DNA of 64,000 bases from an uncultured Clostridium sp. (GCA_964388545.1 CAYMAV010000002.1:14-64013); one strand, 5' to 3'. Positions 47,961 to 59,198 are shown, counted from the first letter of the stretch. Notes: generated by a model from the sequence alone, not told the origin. Translations and numbers: made by a program.

Positions 47961-48691
47961 TAAAATTCTAACTTTTCAATTTCCTCTTCTTGTGGTTTTG
48001 CTAAAGTCTCAACCTTTGGTGCTTCTGCTGGTACAACAGGTGTTGTTGCTACCTCTGGCTTTACTTCTGGAGTCATTAATGTTTCAGTTACTGTTGGTTT
48101 TTCTACTCCTAGAGTTCCTTGATATGCTTCCTTTACCGATTTTGATGGAATTGGGGCAGTATTTTCTAATGGACTTGCTCCTCCATATATTTCTCTTGGT
48201 TTTTCTTCTAAACTAACATTTACTGTTGACTCAGGTGTTGCTCCGCCATAAACAGTTGGTGTCTCTTTTGTTACAACTGGTTCCGCATTAAGGTTTTCAA
48301 CCGGAGCAGATGCTGTTGGTAACTCTTCTATTACTGGTTTTTCTAAAACTGGAGCTGTTGCCATATCTATAGCAGGTGGTTCTGTAAAGTTTACTACCTC
48401 TGGTTCTACTGCAACTGGTACTTCCTTAACTCCATCTCCTTCAGATGCTACTACTACTGGTCCAGTAACCTCTGGTGTTACTTCTGGTGTTGCAACTGGT
48501 TCTTGTTCTTTTGCCTCAGTCGACTCTTCCACAGCTGGTCCTACTTCATTATTTTTAGCATTCTTTTTCTTATCTAAAACTAAGAAAACAACTGCTACTA
48601 ATAATAAAGCAATCCCTACTATTATCATTATCCCTGGCGCTGATGTTATAAATGCTCCAAAATCAAAACTCAATATTTCAAATATATTCAT
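47960..48691 (-). CDS. membrane-anchored Pro/Val/Glu/Thr-rich low-complexity protein
   Basis: 243 aa. An N-terminal TM ('GIMIIVGIALLLVAVVFLVL') is followed by a disordered-looking tail with repeated 'PEVT' and two 'YGGA(T/S)P' motifs. It is visibly GC-richer than its neighbours. Confidence 0.55.
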   Translation of the reverse strand: MNIFEILSFDFGAFITSAPGIMIIVGIALLLVAVVFLVLDKKKNAKNNEVGPAVEESTEAKEQEPVATPEVTPEVTGPVVVASEGDGVKEVPVAVEPEVVNFTEPPAIDMATAPVLEKPVIEELPTASAPVENLNAEPVVTKETPTVYGGATPESTVNVSLEEKPREIYGGASPLENTAPIPSKSVKEAYQGTLGVEKPTVTETLMTPEVKPEVATTPVVPAEAPKVETLAKPQEEEIEKLEF

Positions 48692-48767
48692 ATCCCATTT
48701 CCTCTTCCCTATATTTATTCTAATAATAGAATAACAAAAATAAAATGTAAAATCAAGAAAGAAAAAT

Positions 48768-50270
48768 TTATTTAGATAACTTTTCTAAAAATTCTTTATA
48801 TTTTTCTTTTTCTTCTTTAATATATTTGTTTTCTAAAATTAATTTTTTGCCAATATTTCTACCGATATATTCCATATATTTTAAGACCGTTACCTCGTTA
48901 GATTTAATAACTTTAAAATAATCATTTAAGTAATGTACAGCATAATAAACTAAATATTCTGATCTTTCTTTATTACCTTCTTTTAATGCATAACTTAATG
49001 ATTTTACATATTCCTCTATTAAATTTACATTATTTCCAACATATGAGGTTGATAACGTTCCAAAAGTACCTCTTTTTCTTTTATCCCAAATATAATAAGC
49101 ATCACCTACTAATATAAAATTATTTGCAAAAGAATATAACTGCGAAGTATAAGCATAATCCTCATAAAAATTACTTATTGGAAATTTAGCCTTCCTAGTT
49201 AGCTCTTTTTTTACAATTTTATTACATACCGATACAAAATAAGCGTTTTCATAAGTATTTTTCCTACAATCATCAAACATTTTATCATAATCATATTTTA
49301 TATATTCATTATCTTTACAATCGACATTTAAAACATATTTTATATCACTATCATCTTCATAGATAATTGTCTTAGAAATAGCAATATCAGCATCTTCTTT
49401 TAAAGCGTTTTTAACCAATAACTCATACATATATGGGTGTACTAAATCATCGCTATCAATAACACCTATATATTCACCACTTGCAACCTCTATCCCAACA
49501 TTCCTAGTCATAGAAGGCCCTGACCATTTTTTATCTATACCTTTAATAAAAGGATATTTATCTTCATACCATTTAAATACTTCTAAAGTCTTATCCTTTG
49601 AACCATCATTTACTAAAATAACATCAAAGTCTTGAAAACGAGAAAGCAATACAGAGTCCAGTGTTCTTGGTAAAAAGAATTCTCCATTAAATACAGGAAT
49701 AACCACTGTCAAAGAGTTTTTCCTTTTTTTATTAAACTTTTCAAAGGTTATCTTAAAATCCTTAGATCTATTAGCCAAAACAAACTTATCTTCCTCTTTT
49801 TTATAGGCTAAAACCATATAAGTTTTATCCTTTTTAACACTATTAGTAGTTACTTGAAAAAGTTCGGTTTCCAGGATCATTTTATAACCGGTTTTCGTTT
49901 TTTCATAAAGCGAATATTTATTATAAATTTCCTTAGTTTGAAAAGATAGGCTTATTCCTTTATAGGATTCGATTATTCTAATTTCTATTTCCTCATTTGA
50001 ATAAGAATTAGCAGCTCTTTTTTTAACATCATTAGTAAAATAAATAACCTCTTCCTTATCGATAGACTTCTTAGTATATACAACTCTAAAGCGGTCATAA
50101 TTTGGATAATCTTCTTTGCTAATAATTATTTTATTATCCACCTTTTTGATAATTTCATAATTAAACAAAATATCTCGTCCTTGTAAATATTTATCTAAGC
50201 CTTCTATATCCTCGCAAGATAAATGTAATTCTTCCCTATCTTCGTATACTGTTAATAATTCCTTCATCAA
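48768..50270 (-). CDS. family 2 glycosyltransferase with unknown N-terminal domain of about 190 aa
   Basis: The GT2 core 'LTVVIPVFNGEFFLPRTLDSVLLSRFQDFDVILVNDGSKDKT' and 'VIDSDD' begin at about aa 198. Confidence 0.8.
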   Translation of the reverse strand: MMKELLTVYEDREELHLSCEDIEGLDKYLQGRDILFNYEIIKKVDNKIIISKEDYPNYDRFRVVYTKKSIDKEEVIYFTNDVKKRAANSYSNEEIEIRIIESYKGISLSFQTKEIYNKYSLYEKTKTGYKMILETELFQVTTNSVKKDKTYMVLAYKKEEDKFVLANRSKDFKITFEKFNKKRKNSLTVVIPVFNGEFFLPRTLDSVLLSRFQDFDVILVNDGSKDKTLEVFKWYEDKYPFIKGIDKKWSGPSMTRNVGIEVASGEYIGVIDSDDLVHPYMYELLVKNALKEDADIAISKTIIYEDDSDIKYVLNVDCKDNEYIKYDYDKMFDDCRKNTYENAYFVSVCNKIVKKELTRKAKFPISNFYEDYAYTSQLYSFANNFILVGDAYYIWDKRKRGTFGTLSTSYVGNNVNLIEEYVKSLSYALKEGNKERSEYLVYYAVHYLNDYFKVIKSNEVTVLKYMEYIGRNIGKKLILENKYIKEEKEKYKEFLEKLSK

Positions 50271-50910
50271 TTAATCCCCCTACTATATTATTTTTTGGTA
50301 TATAACTAAATTTCATAATTTCCTTCGTGGTTGGATGAGTAAATTCTAAATAATAGGAATAAAGCTCAAGAGCTAATTCCTTACTATTGAAATATCGTTG
50401 TTCTCCAACTATCGGATATCCATGATGAGTAAATTGAACCCTTATTTGATGATGTCTTCCCGTTATAAGTTCGATATCTACTAGTGTTCTATTACCGATA
50501 CTTTTTATAACGCGATACTTTAATTTTGCAAGTTTTCCTTTATTATCAACAATGGTATTACCATTATCAAGCTTTAAAAGCCTATCTTCAAACTCTCCAT
50601 CACTTTTTATATTTCCTTCTACTAAAGCTAGATATCTTTTAGTTATAAGATCATCTTGAAACATTTTAGAAAGTCTAGCTGCCGCTTTCGAGGTTCTAGC
50701 CAAAACCATAATCCCTTCAACAACACGATCAAGTCTATGAACAAGTCCTAAATAAACATTACCAGGTTTACTATATTTTTCTTTAATATATTCTTTAACT
50801 AAAGTTAGGATATCTTCATCATTAGTAATATCTTTTTGACTTAAAATATTAGAAGGCTTAACTACCACAATTAGATGATTATCCTCGTATAAAATATCAA
50901 ATTTATTCAT
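50236..50910 (-). CDS. RluA-family pseudouridine synthase
   Basis: Catalytic 'VHRLDRVVEGIMVLA' and 'TGRHHQIRVQF'. 224 aa. Confidence 0.88.
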   Translation of the reverse strand: MNKFDILYEDNHLIVVVKPSNILSQKDITNDEDILTLVKEYIKEKYSKPGNVYLGLVHRLDRVVEGIMVLARTSKAAARLSKMFQDDLITKRYLALVEGNIKSDGEFEDRLLKLDNGNTIVDNKGKLAKLKYRVIKSIGNRTLVDIELITGRHHQIRVQFTHHGYPIVGEQRYFNSKELALELYSYYLEFTHPTTKEIMKFSYIPKNNIVGGLIDEGIINSIRR

Positions 50911-50968
50911 AATTATTTTCCTTATACATCGATTATAACAAGATTAATAAAATAAAAAAAGACTATTA

Positions 50969-51676
50969 CTAGTCCATTTTTAAAAATTCATTATATAGTT
51001 CTTTGTTTTTTTCAACATCCATATCCATTTTATCTTCATATGGATAAACTATTCCAAGCGCCTGATATTTTTCAATACCCAATCGGTGATACGGAAGAAA
51101 ATCAACTCTTGTTACATTATTAATATTTCTTATGTAATCCTTTAATTTTTTAATATATTCTAACGAATCGGTAACTCCAGGGATAATTACCTGTCTAATC
51201 CAAACCTCTTTACCACTATTATTTAAAACTTCTAAGAATCTATTAAATTCATCCATCGATAATCCGGTTATCTCTTTATAACCTGTTTCTTCAACATGTT
51301 TAATATCAAAAATAACCAAATCAACTAAATTAAGTATCTCTTCATATCTTCCAACCCCTACACCAGAGGTATCAATAGCAATATGAATTTTATTCTCGCG
51401 TAATAACTTCATCGTTTCTATTAAAAAATCAACTTGAAGTAAAGGTTCTCCGCCTGAGAAGGTAATTCCACCTTTATTTGAAAAATAATTTTTATATCTT
51501 AAGGTCTTATTTACAATCTCTTCAGGTGTTCTATTTAAATTCCCAATATTAAACATTTCCGGATTATGACAAAACTTACATCTTAGCCTGCAACCATTTA
51601 AAAATATTACTAATCTAATCCCTGGGCCATCAACAAGTCCAAAGGTTTCAACCGAATTAACACTACCTTTTATCAT
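50969..51676 (-). CDS. pflA: pyruvate formate-lyase activating enzyme
   Basis: Radical-SAM '[12 protein letters not shown]' and 'FSGGEPLLQ'. 4-nt overlap with pflB. Confidence 0.93.
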   Translation of the reverse strand: MIKGSVNSVETFGLVDGPGIRLVIFLNGCRLRCKFCHNPEMFNIGNLNRTPEEIVNKTLRYKNYFSNKGGITFSGGEPLLQVDFLIETMKLLRENKIHIAIDTSGVGVGRYEEILNLVDLVIFDIKHVEETGYKEITGLSMDEFNRFLEVLNNSGKEVWIRQVIIPGVTDSLEYIKKLKDYIRNINNVTRVDFLPYHRLGIEKYQALGIVYPYEDKMDMDVEKNKELYNEFLKMD

Positions 51677-53901
51677 ATTTTATTATGAAAACTCCTACTA
51701 ATAACTTCTTCTTGTTGTGCTCTAGTAAGCCTATTAAAATGAACGGCATATCCAGAAACTCTTATTGTTAAAAGCGGATAGTCTTCTGGATTATTCATCG
51801 CATCAATTAAAGTCTCTCTATTTAAAACATTTACATTTAAATGGTGTGCTCCTTGTTGAAAATAACCATTAAGAAGTGCTACTAAATTATTAATCTGTTC
51901 TTCTTTATTCATTCCTAAACTATTTGGAACAATTGAGAAAGTATTTGAAATCCCATCTCGGCAGCAACAATAATCTAGTTTTGCTACCGAATTAAGACTT
52001 GCTAAGGCACCCGAAGAATCTCTTTGATGCATTGGGTTAGCACCAGGCGCAAACGCTTCACACCTTTTTCTACCATCAGGAGTCGAGCCAGTCTTTAGCC
52101 CATAAACAACATTTGAGGTAATAGTTAACACCGATAAAGTAACCTCCGCATTACGATAAGTTTTATGTTTATGTAATTCATCATTAAATTTTTCTAATAA
52201 ATCCTTAGCAATTAAATCAACTCGATCATCATCATTTCCATATTTAGGAAAATCTCCATCTATCTCAAAATCAACTACGATATTATTTTCATTTCTTATC
52301 GTCTTAACTTTCGCATATTTAATAGCCGATAAAGAGTCTGCTACTACGGATAATCCTGCTACTCCATAAGCCATTAGACGATGAACATCGGTATCGTGAA
52401 GAGCCATCTGACCCTTTTCATAGGCATATTTATCGTGCATATAGTGAATTATATTCATCGTATTAGAATAAAGTTTAGCAATATGCTCTAGCATTTTATA
52501 AAAAGCTTTTTTCACTTTTTCATAATCTAAAATTTCATCATTTATAAGATCAAAACCTTCTACAACCTTCGCACCACTCATTTCATCAATTCCGCCATTA
52601 ATCGAGTATAAAAGTGCTTTAGCTAGGTTACAACGTGCTCCAAAAAACTGCATATCCTTACCTACTCTCATGGCTGAAACACAACAAGAAATAGCATAAT
52701 CATCTCCAAAATGAGGTCTCATAACATCATCATTTTCATACTGAATTGAATCTGTTTTAATGCTGATATGAGCTGCAAATTTTTTGAAACTCTCTGGTAA
52801 GTCATTACTCCATAAAACCGTTAAATTAGGCTCTGGTGAAGGATTAAGATTAATCAAAGTATGAAGAAGACGATAACTAGTCTTAGTTACCATATTTTTT
52901 CCGTTTTCATTCATTCCCGCTATTGAGCAAGTAACCCAGGTTGGATCTCCAGTAAATAATTCATCGTATTCAGGAGTTCTTAAATGTCTAACTAATCTTA
53001 GTTTAATTACAAATTGATCAATGATCTCTTGGATTTCTTCTTCAGTAATAGTTCCTTCTTTTAAATCTCTTTCAAAATAGATATCAAAGAAAGCATCAAC
53101 TCTTCCAAGACTCATAGCTGCTCCATTATTTTCCTTAACTGCTGCTAGAAATCCAAAATAAGTCCACTGAACTGCCTCAATCGAGTTTTTTGCTGGTTTA
53201 GAAATATCAAAACCATACTTTAAAGCCATCTCTTTCATTTCTTCTAGGGCTTTATATTGCATAGATAATTCTTCTCTTAACCTTATTAGCTCATCATTCA
53301 TAGTGCCGATGAAAACTTCGTTAAATTCGCGAGCCTTTTGTTCTTGTAAATAATCGATTCCATAAAGAGCTATCCTACGATAATCTCCTATAATTCTACC
53401 TCTTCCATAAGCATCAGGAAGTCCAGTTAAAAGACCAGCTTTTCTTGCGATTCTAATTTCTTTTGTATACGCATCAAAAACACCATCATTATGTGTCTTT
53501 CTAAACATTTTAAAATATTTTTCTACATTAGAATCTAATTTATATCCATAAGCATCAAGCTCATTATAAACCATTCTAAGACCACCAAAAGGATTAACAA
53601 TCCTCTTTAATGGAGCATCTGTTTGAAGGCCAAAAATAACCTCCAAATCCTTATCGATATATCCAGCATCATAATTATTAATACCAGAAATATTTACCGT
53701 ATCAATATCTAATACTCTTTTTTTTAATTCTTCTTTTAATAAAGATTCACATTTATTCCAAAGATTTTTTGTTCTAGTAGTTGGCGATAATAAAAAAGAA
53801 TCATCTCCATCATATCCTATATAATTACTGGAAATAAACGAACTAACATCTACATTATTTGTCCATCTTCCCTCGTTAAAACCTCTCCACTCATCTTTCA
53901 T
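51673..53901 (-). CDS. pflB: formate C-acetyltransferase (pyruvate formate-lyase)
   Basis: Glycyl-radical motif 'RVSGYAVHF' and catalytic 'SCCVSAM'. The start was set to 'MKDEWRGF' (ATG at 53901, RBS 'GGAGG'). Confidence 0.95.
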   Translation of the reverse strand: MKDEWRGFNEGRWTNNVDVSSFISSNYIGYDGDDSFLLSPTTRTKNLWNKCESLLKEELKKRVLDIDTVNISGINNYDAGYIDKDLEVIFGLQTDAPLKRIVNPFGGLRMVYNELDAYGYKLDSNVEKYFKMFRKTHNDGVFDAYTKEIRIARKAGLLTGLPDAYGRGRIIGDYRRIALYGIDYLQEQKAREFNEVFIGTMNDELIRLREELSMQYKALEEMKEMALKYGFDISKPAKNSIEAVQWTYFGFLAAVKENNGAAMSLGRVDAFFDIYFERDLKEGTITEEEIQEIIDQFVIKLRLVRHLRTPEYDELFTGDPTWVTCSIAGMNENGKNMVTKTSYRLLHTLINLNPSPEPNLTVLWSNDLPESFKKFAAHISIKTDSIQYENDDVMRPHFGDDYAISCCVSAMRVGKDMQFFGARCNLAKALLYSINGGIDEMSGAKVVEGFDLINDEILDYEKVKKAFYKMLEHIAKLYSNTMNIIHYMHDKYAYEKGQMALHDTDVHRLMAYGVAGLSVVADSLSAIKYAKVKTIRNENNIVVDFEIDGDFPKYGNDDDRVDLIAKDLLEKFNDELHKHKTYRNAEVTLSVLTITSNVVYGLKTGSTPDGRKRCEAFAPGANPMHQRDSSGALASLNSVAKLDYCCCRDGISNTFSIVPNSLGMNKEEQINNLVALLNGYFQQGAHHLNVNVLNRETLIDAMNNPEDYPLLTIRVSGYAVHFNRLTRAQQEEVISRSFHNKI

Positions 53902-53978
53902 ATTATTACCTCCGTAAAATACATTGTAACACATCAAAAAAAAATAAAAAACATTATTGCTTTTTATTTTAAAATTAT

Positions 53979-54836
53979 TTACGACAAATTGACTTTTGCA
54001 ACATTTTTTAAATTTAGACTAGCATCATACAACTTGTTTTTACTTATCCTTTTTTCTTTAGCTATTCTACTAATCGCTTCTTTTATCGAAATATTTTCTT
54101 TAATCATATAATCAATTATTAAGGCCTCAAGAGAAATTTCATCACCATCTTCTTCTTTTTCCTCTTTTTTTTCTAAAATGACAACATACTCACCTTTTTC
54201 GATATTAGGATCGTTTTTAATTAGTCCATAAACCTCTTTGATCTCTCCATAAAAACCTCTTTCATGAAGCTTGGTTAAATCCGATCCCATAAATATTTTA
54301 GAATTAGAAAACTCCATACTTAATCTTTCAACTAATTTAACTATTCTTTTAGGAGATTCATATAAAACTATTGTATTTATATTGCATTCCTTTATTTTAT
54401 CGATATCCTTATTAAAGTTTTTATTATTTGTATTTAAAAAACCAAAGAAAGAAAATAAATTAGTATCCATCCCCGATATTGAAAGTGCGGTTGTAATAGC
54501 GGATGCTCCTGGTATTCCAACAACCTCTATTCCAACTTCTCTGCATCTCTTAACCAAAAGATAACCTGGATCAGATATTAAAGGAGTACCCGCATCAGAT
54601 ATTAAAGCAAGATCTTCTTCTTTTAATCTTTTAATTATTTCATCTAACTTTTTATCTTCATTATATTTGTGATAAGAGATCAATTTTTTCTTAATATCAT
54701 AATGGTTTAATAGTTTAATACTTACCCTCGTATCTTCACATAGGATAAAAGAAACACTCTTTAAAGTATCAAGTGCTCTAAAAGAAATATCAGATAAATT
54801 TCCAATCGGAGTAGCTACTATATATAAAGTACCCAT
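53979..54836 (-). CDS. rsmI: 16S rRNA (cytidine1402-2'-O)-methyltransferase
   Basis: '[34 protein letters not shown]'. 285 aa. Confidence 0.9.
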   Translation of the reverse strand: MGTLYIVATPIGNLSDISFRALDTLKSVSFILCEDTRVSIKLLNHYDIKKKLISYHKYNEDKKLDEIIKRLKEEDLALISDAGTPLISDPGYLLVKRCREVGIEVVGIPGASAITTALSISGMDTNLFSFFGFLNTNNKNFNKDIDKIKECNINTIVLYESPKRIVKLVERLSMEFSNSKIFMGSDLTKLHERGFYGEIKEVYGLIKNDPNIEKGEYVVILEKKEEKEEDGDEISLEALIIDYMIKENISIKEAISRIAKEKRISKNKLYDASLNLKNVAKVNLS

Positions 54837-54839
54837 ATA

Positions 54840-54944
54840 CTACCCAAAAGCATCTATAAAATTATAGATAAATAAAATCCCTGATACAACCATTATAATT
54901 ATTGCTAACCATTCAAACCACCCAAATTCTTTTAACTTTTTCAT
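54840..54944 (-). CDS. candidate 34-aa membrane micro-protein
   Basis: Not in the ORF track. 'AAGGAGA' lies 5-6 nt before the ATG at 54944. The product is 'MKKLKEFGWFEWLAIIIMVVSGILFIYNFIDAFG*', and it exactly fills the dnaE-rsmI gap. Confidence 0.45.
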   Translation of the reverse strand: MKKLKEFGWFEWLAIIIMVVSGILFIYNFIDAFG

Positions 54945-54953
54945 ACTATCTCC

Positions 54954-57872
54954 TTATCTATTTAATATCTTTGCCATATTAACTACTATTTGTAATCTCG
55001 TCTTTACTTCTACTCTTCCTCTAATAAGCAAAATATCTCCTTTTTTAACATCTTTAACCGTATCAAATACCTTTGAAAACAAAATAAAGTCTACCGTTGT
55101 TTCCTCATCTGATCCTCTTATGAATGCCATGGTATTTTTGTTTTTATCTTCATGAAGTTTAACTCTTTCAACTAAGATTACCGTATCAACTTCTCTATTA
55201 TTATAATCCTTTAGCTTATCTAAATAAACTACTTTATACTCTTCTTTATATTTAGTTACCGGATGATAACTTAAATAAAAACCAAACAATTCTTTTTCTT
55301 TTGACATTAATATATCGCTTGATAATTCTTCATAGACTACAATTTCCGGTTTTTCAATTAAATCATCTTCTAGGCCTTTAGCAATAAACGAATAGTTAAG
55401 TAAATTATCCAAATTTTCTATCAAAGTGTTTTTATTATAACCAAAGCTATCAAAAGAGGAAGCATATATAAGACTTTCAATATTTTTCTTATTAATATTA
55501 ATCTCGGTTAATTTAGTCATCACATCAAATATATCTTTAAATCCCTTACCCCTAACTTTTACAATATCATTTGCGATTATATTACCAATTGATTTAATGT
55601 TAGATAACGGAAAAATTATTCCATCTCCTTCTTTTTCAAACTTATTGGTACTTTTATTAATATCTGGAAGATAAAAATTAATTCCAACCTTTTTAGCATC
55701 CTTTACTATCTCGGATATCTTACTATCATTTCCCATAATAGTTGATAAAAGACTAATATAAAAGGCTTTAGGGTAATTTGCTTTTAAATATCCCATTTTA
55801 TAAGCAATTAACGAATATAAAACCGCATGGGCTTTATTAAATCCATATTTAGCAAAATTTAGGATATCTTCAAAATATTCCTCGCTTAATTCCTTAGAAT
55901 AACCATTTTTAAGTGAGCCTTCAATAAACTGATCTTTATAACGGTTTAATTCCTTAGTATTGTGTTTAGTCATCGCTCTTCTTATTATATCGGCTGTTTG
56001 AAGATTAAATCCCGCCATTACACTAACAAGTCTCATAATTTGTTCTTGATAGACTAAAACCCCGTGAGTTTCATTTAGTACTTCTTTAATTTCATCATTA
56101 GGGTATTCAACCTCTATATTATTATTTCTTCGCTCTAAGAAAGTTTTAGAATCAGGTCCTGGCCTAACCAAAGAATCTGCTAATATAATATCGTTAAATT
56201 CTTTAATCTTTAAACTACTTAACAAATGCTTCATCGCATCGCTTTCAAAGTGAAAGATCCCATTAGTATCAATTCGATAAAATAAATCTAAAGTCTTCTT
56301 ATCATCTAATGGAATATTTAAAAAATCAATATCAACATTATCCATTTCTTTAACATTTTTAATTATATCCATAATGATTGCCAAATTTCTATTTCCTAAA
56401 AAATCCATCTTAAGAAGACCGATATCCTCTAGATAATCCATCTCATAAGAAGTGATATAGCCATCATCTTGTTTTATTAAAGGAATATCCTCATCCAAGT
56501 CATCCTCACTTATTACGATGCCTGAGGCGTGTACTGAGATATTACGAGGGAAACCTTCTAATAAAAGAGATAGTCTAAACAGCTCTTTTAATTCATCATC
56601 ATTATCGATAATATTTTTAAAGGCCTCGTTCGCATCATACACTTCCTTTAAAGAAATATTATTATCTAAGAATCTTTTAATTAATTCAATCTTTTTTAAA
56701 TTAATATTTAAAACCTTTGATACCTCATCAACAACTGATTTAGCTCTTAATGTTCCAATTGTTACAATACCTGCTACCTTTTTCTCACCATATTTATCCC
56801 TTGTATATTTAATAATATCTTCGCGATAAAGATCTGGAAAATCAATATCAATATCCGGCATACTTACTCTTCCTGGATTTAGAAATCTCTCAAATAAAAG
56901 GTTATAGAAAAGTGGATCCACATCGATTATCCCAAGGGAATAAGCAACTAAACTACCACCAGCACTACCTCTTGGACATACTAAGATATTATTAGACTTA
57001 GCATATCGAACATAGTCATAGACAATTAAGAAATAATCAGAAAATCCCATTTTTTTGATAATGTCTAATTCATAAACTAATCTTTCTTTATGTTTAACAC
57101 TTACTTTATCATTAAATCTTCTTGATAACCCTGTCATACTTAAAGTAGTAAGATATTCATCACTACTTACATTATGTCTATTTTTAAAATGAGGAATTAA
57201 ATTACTTTTCTTAGGAAAAACTGCCTCACAACTAGATGCGATATAATTAGTATTATCAATTCCTTTTTTACTAGATAATTCAACTAGTTCTTCATTGGTT
57301 AAAAAATAGTTATTATCCTCGATAAATTGGCTTTCATCATTAATCGTCTTCTTATTTTTTAATAAATCTAAAAACTTATAATTAGAAAGATCTTTTTTCT
57401 CAAAATATAACACTTTATTTATAAAGACGACATTAATAGATATAAGAGATACTTCCCTTTCCTCTTTTTTATTGGAAAAACCAAGGTATAGATCACTAAC
57501 ATTTTTAAATTCTTCAAATAATACTCTGCTTTCATACGGAAGAATCATTATAAGATTTGATAGATATTGCTTAATTAATTCAACACTTAACTCGGTTTTC
57601 CTAGTCTCTATTTTAATTAAATTTTGATATCCTTTATAGTTTTTTGCATAAAGAAGGATCTTAAATTCATTTAGCTTAACCTCTAGTCCGATTAGCGGCT
57701 TAATATCATTTTTTTTTGCAACATTATAAAAATACATAGTACCAATCATATTTTCATCTGTTAGTGCTACCTCTTTGATATTGTTATCCTTACAGTAATT
57801 AATTAAATCTTCAATTCTAATAAGACTCTCATAAAAACTATAATTTGATTTTACATATAATGGAGTATACAT
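54954..57872 (-). CDS. dnaE: DNA polymerase III alpha subunit, DnaE type
   Basis: 972 aa. PHP N-terminus 'YTPLYVKSNYSFYESL', 'PDIDIDFPD', 'GLLKMDFLG' and a C-terminal OB region. Confidence 0.93.
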   Translation of the reverse strand: MYTPLYVKSNYSFYESLIRIEDLINYCKDNNIKEVALTDENMIGTMYFYNVAKKNDIKPLIGLEVKLNEFKILLYAKNYKGYQNLIKIETRKTELSVELIKQYLSNLIMILPYESRVLFEEFKNVSDLYLGFSNKKEEREVSLISINVVFINKVLYFEKKDLSNYKFLDLLKNKKTINDESQFIEDNNYFLTNEELVELSSKKGIDNTNYIASSCEAVFPKKSNLIPHFKNRHNVSSDEYLTTLSMTGLSRRFNDKVSVKHKERLVYELDIIKKMGFSDYFLIVYDYVRYAKSNNILVCPRGSAGGSLVAYSLGIIDVDPLFYNLLFERFLNPGRVSMPDIDIDFPDLYREDIIKYTRDKYGEKKVAGIVTIGTLRAKSVVDEVSKVLNINLKKIELIKRFLDNNISLKEVYDANEAFKNIIDNDDELKELFRLSLLLEGFPRNISVHASGIVISEDDLDEDIPLIKQDDGYITSYEMDYLEDIGLLKMDFLGNRNLAIIMDIIKNVKEMDNVDIDFLNIPLDDKKTLDLFYRIDTNGIFHFESDAMKHLLSSLKIKEFNDIILADSLVRPGPDSKTFLERRNNNIEVEYPNDEIKEVLNETHGVLVYQEQIMRLVSVMAGFNLQTADIIRRAMTKHNTKELNRYKDQFIEGSLKNGYSKELSEEYFEDILNFAKYGFNKAHAVLYSLIAYKMGYLKANYPKAFYISLLSTIMGNDSKISEIVKDAKKVGINFYLPDINKSTNKFEKEGDGIIFPLSNIKSIGNIIANDIVKVRGKGFKDIFDVMTKLTEININKKNIESLIYASSFDSFGYNKNTLIENLDNLLNYSFIAKGLEDDLIEKPEIVVYEELSSDILMSKEKELFGFYLSYHPVTKYKEEYKVVYLDKLKDYNNREVDTVILVERVKLHEDKNKNTMAFIRGSDEETTVDFILFSKVFDTVKDVKKGDILLIRGRVEVKTRLQIVVNMAKILNR

Positions 57873-57968
57873 AATATCACCTATATTTCTATTATAACAA
57901 TCTTTAAATAATTTGACTATTACAATAATTTATGGTAAAGTTGGTTAGTATTTAAAGGAGGTCTTATT

Positions 57969-58172
57969 ATGGCTATTAACCTAACAAATAGAAAACCTAA
58001 TCAAGGAAAAAGAATTAGATCACATGCACTTAATACTACTAATAGTAAACAAAATCTAAATCTTCAAGTTGTTAGATTAGAAGATGGTACAAGAATTAGA
58101 TTGAGTGCTAAAGAAATTAAATCAGCAAGAAAAGTAAGAAATGTTAAAAATGCTAACGAAACCGAAGCATAA
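57969..58172 (+). CDS. rpmB: 50S ribosomal protein L28
   Basis: 'GKRIRSHALNTTNSKQNLNLQVVRL' aligns with the L28 core 'GNNRSHAMN...NLQKVR'. RBS 'AAAGGAGG' and an upstream promoter 'TTGACT' + 17 nt + 'TAAAGT'. It is the only plus-strand gene. Confidence 0.85.
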   Translation: MAINLTNRKPNQGKRIRSHALNTTNSKQNLNLQVVRLEDGTRIRLSAKEIKSARKVRNVKNANETEA

Positions 58173-58193
58173 TAAGATTTTAGTATTGCTAGT

Positions 58194-58220
58194 AAACTTA
58201 GTTTAAACTAAGTTTTTTTG
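58194..58220 (+). terminator. intrinsic terminator of rpmB
   Basis: Stem AAACTTAG/CTAAGTTT (58194-58215) followed by T7. Confidence 0.75.
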
Positions 58221-58221
58221 T

Positions 58222-58249
58222 GCAATAAAAAAAGAACTATTTAAGTTCT
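58222..58249 (-). terminator. intrinsic terminator after the divIVA-domain gene
   Basis: Stem AGAACT/AGTTCT (58233-58249) overlaps the TAG and is followed by a U-run on the minus strand. Confidence 0.55.
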
Positions 58250-58668
58250 ATTTCATCTATTTCTTCAATAACCGCTAATTGTTGTTCAACAACTAGTTTT
58301 AGCTTTCTTTTAAATATTCGCATATTTCTTTCTAATACATCAGCTTTTATCTCTATTTTCTCAGCTCTTAATAAAGCATCATTTATAATTCTTGAAGCAT
58401 TCTTTCTCGCATCCTCAACAATTGAATTTCGCTCTTCATAGGCTGCTTTTCTAATATCGGTAGATGTCTGTTCAGCTTTAAATAAAGCATTCTTTAATTC
58501 ATCCTCCGTCTTTTTAAAATTAACTAACTGAGAATTTAAGTTTTCTATTTCTTGTTGTTGTTCTTTCATCTTGTTAAGCATATTTTCTGTTTGAAAAATG
58601 ACATCGTCAAGAAACTTGCTTACTTCTTCAATATTGTAACCACGCTCAACTACGGTAAACTTCTTCAC
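58237..58668 (-). CDS. divIVA: DivIVA-domain protein
   Basis: The N-terminal lipid-binding motif 'FTVVERGYNIEEVSKFLDDV' is followed by coiled coil. 143 aa. Confidence 0.75.
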   Translation of the reverse strand: MKKFTVVERGYNIEEVSKFLDDVIFQTENMLNKMKEQQQEIENLNSQLVNFKKTEDELKNALFKAEQTSTDIRKAAYEERNSIVEDARKNASRIINDALLRAEKIEIKADVLERNMRIFKRKLKLVVEQQLAVIEEIDEIELK

Positions 58669-58700
58669 GACCTCACCTTCCTTTAACTTATTAATTTATC

Positions 58701-59111
58701 TTAGAAATCAAATTCATCATCTTCTGATGAGGCCTTTGTATCCTTCTTTTTTAATCCATCATCAGAAATTTTACCTTCAACTGCTACTGAACTAGGACAG
58801 CATAGGAATATTCCTCCACCTAATTTTTGTAAATCTCCGTTCATTGCATAAACCGCTCCACTTAAAAAATCAACTATCCTTTTAGCTTGATCAGGTGTTA
58901 CTCTTCTTAAATTTACAATAACCGACGATTTCTTTTTAAGATAATCTGCTATTTGCTTTGATTCTGAATAAGCTCTCGGTTCTAACAAGATCATTGTCGA
59001 ATCCTTCTTTACATTAGCGATTACCTCACCATCTACTTCATAATATTCTTCTTCCATATCTTCATTATCAGAATTTCCAAAAAGTTTATTTTTTAATTTA
59101 CTAAATGCCAT
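58701..59111 (-). CDS. sepF: cell division protein SepF
   Basis: 'ILLEPRAYSESKQIADYLKKKSSVIVNLRRVTPDQAKRIVDFLSGAVYAMNGDLQKLGGGIFLCCP'. Confidence 0.85.
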   Translation of the reverse strand: MAFSKLKNKLFGNSDNEDMEEEYYEVDGEVIANVKKDSTMILLEPRAYSESKQIADYLKKKSSVIVNLRRVTPDQAKRIVDFLSGAVYAMNGDLQKLGGGIFLCCPSSVAVEGKISDDGLKKKDTKASSEDDEFDF

Positions 59112-59198
59112 TTTCTATATCCTCCATATTTTATATTTATATATTATCATAAGTATTTCGCTTTTTAAAGATTTTACAATCTATTTTACTTTAGTTTA

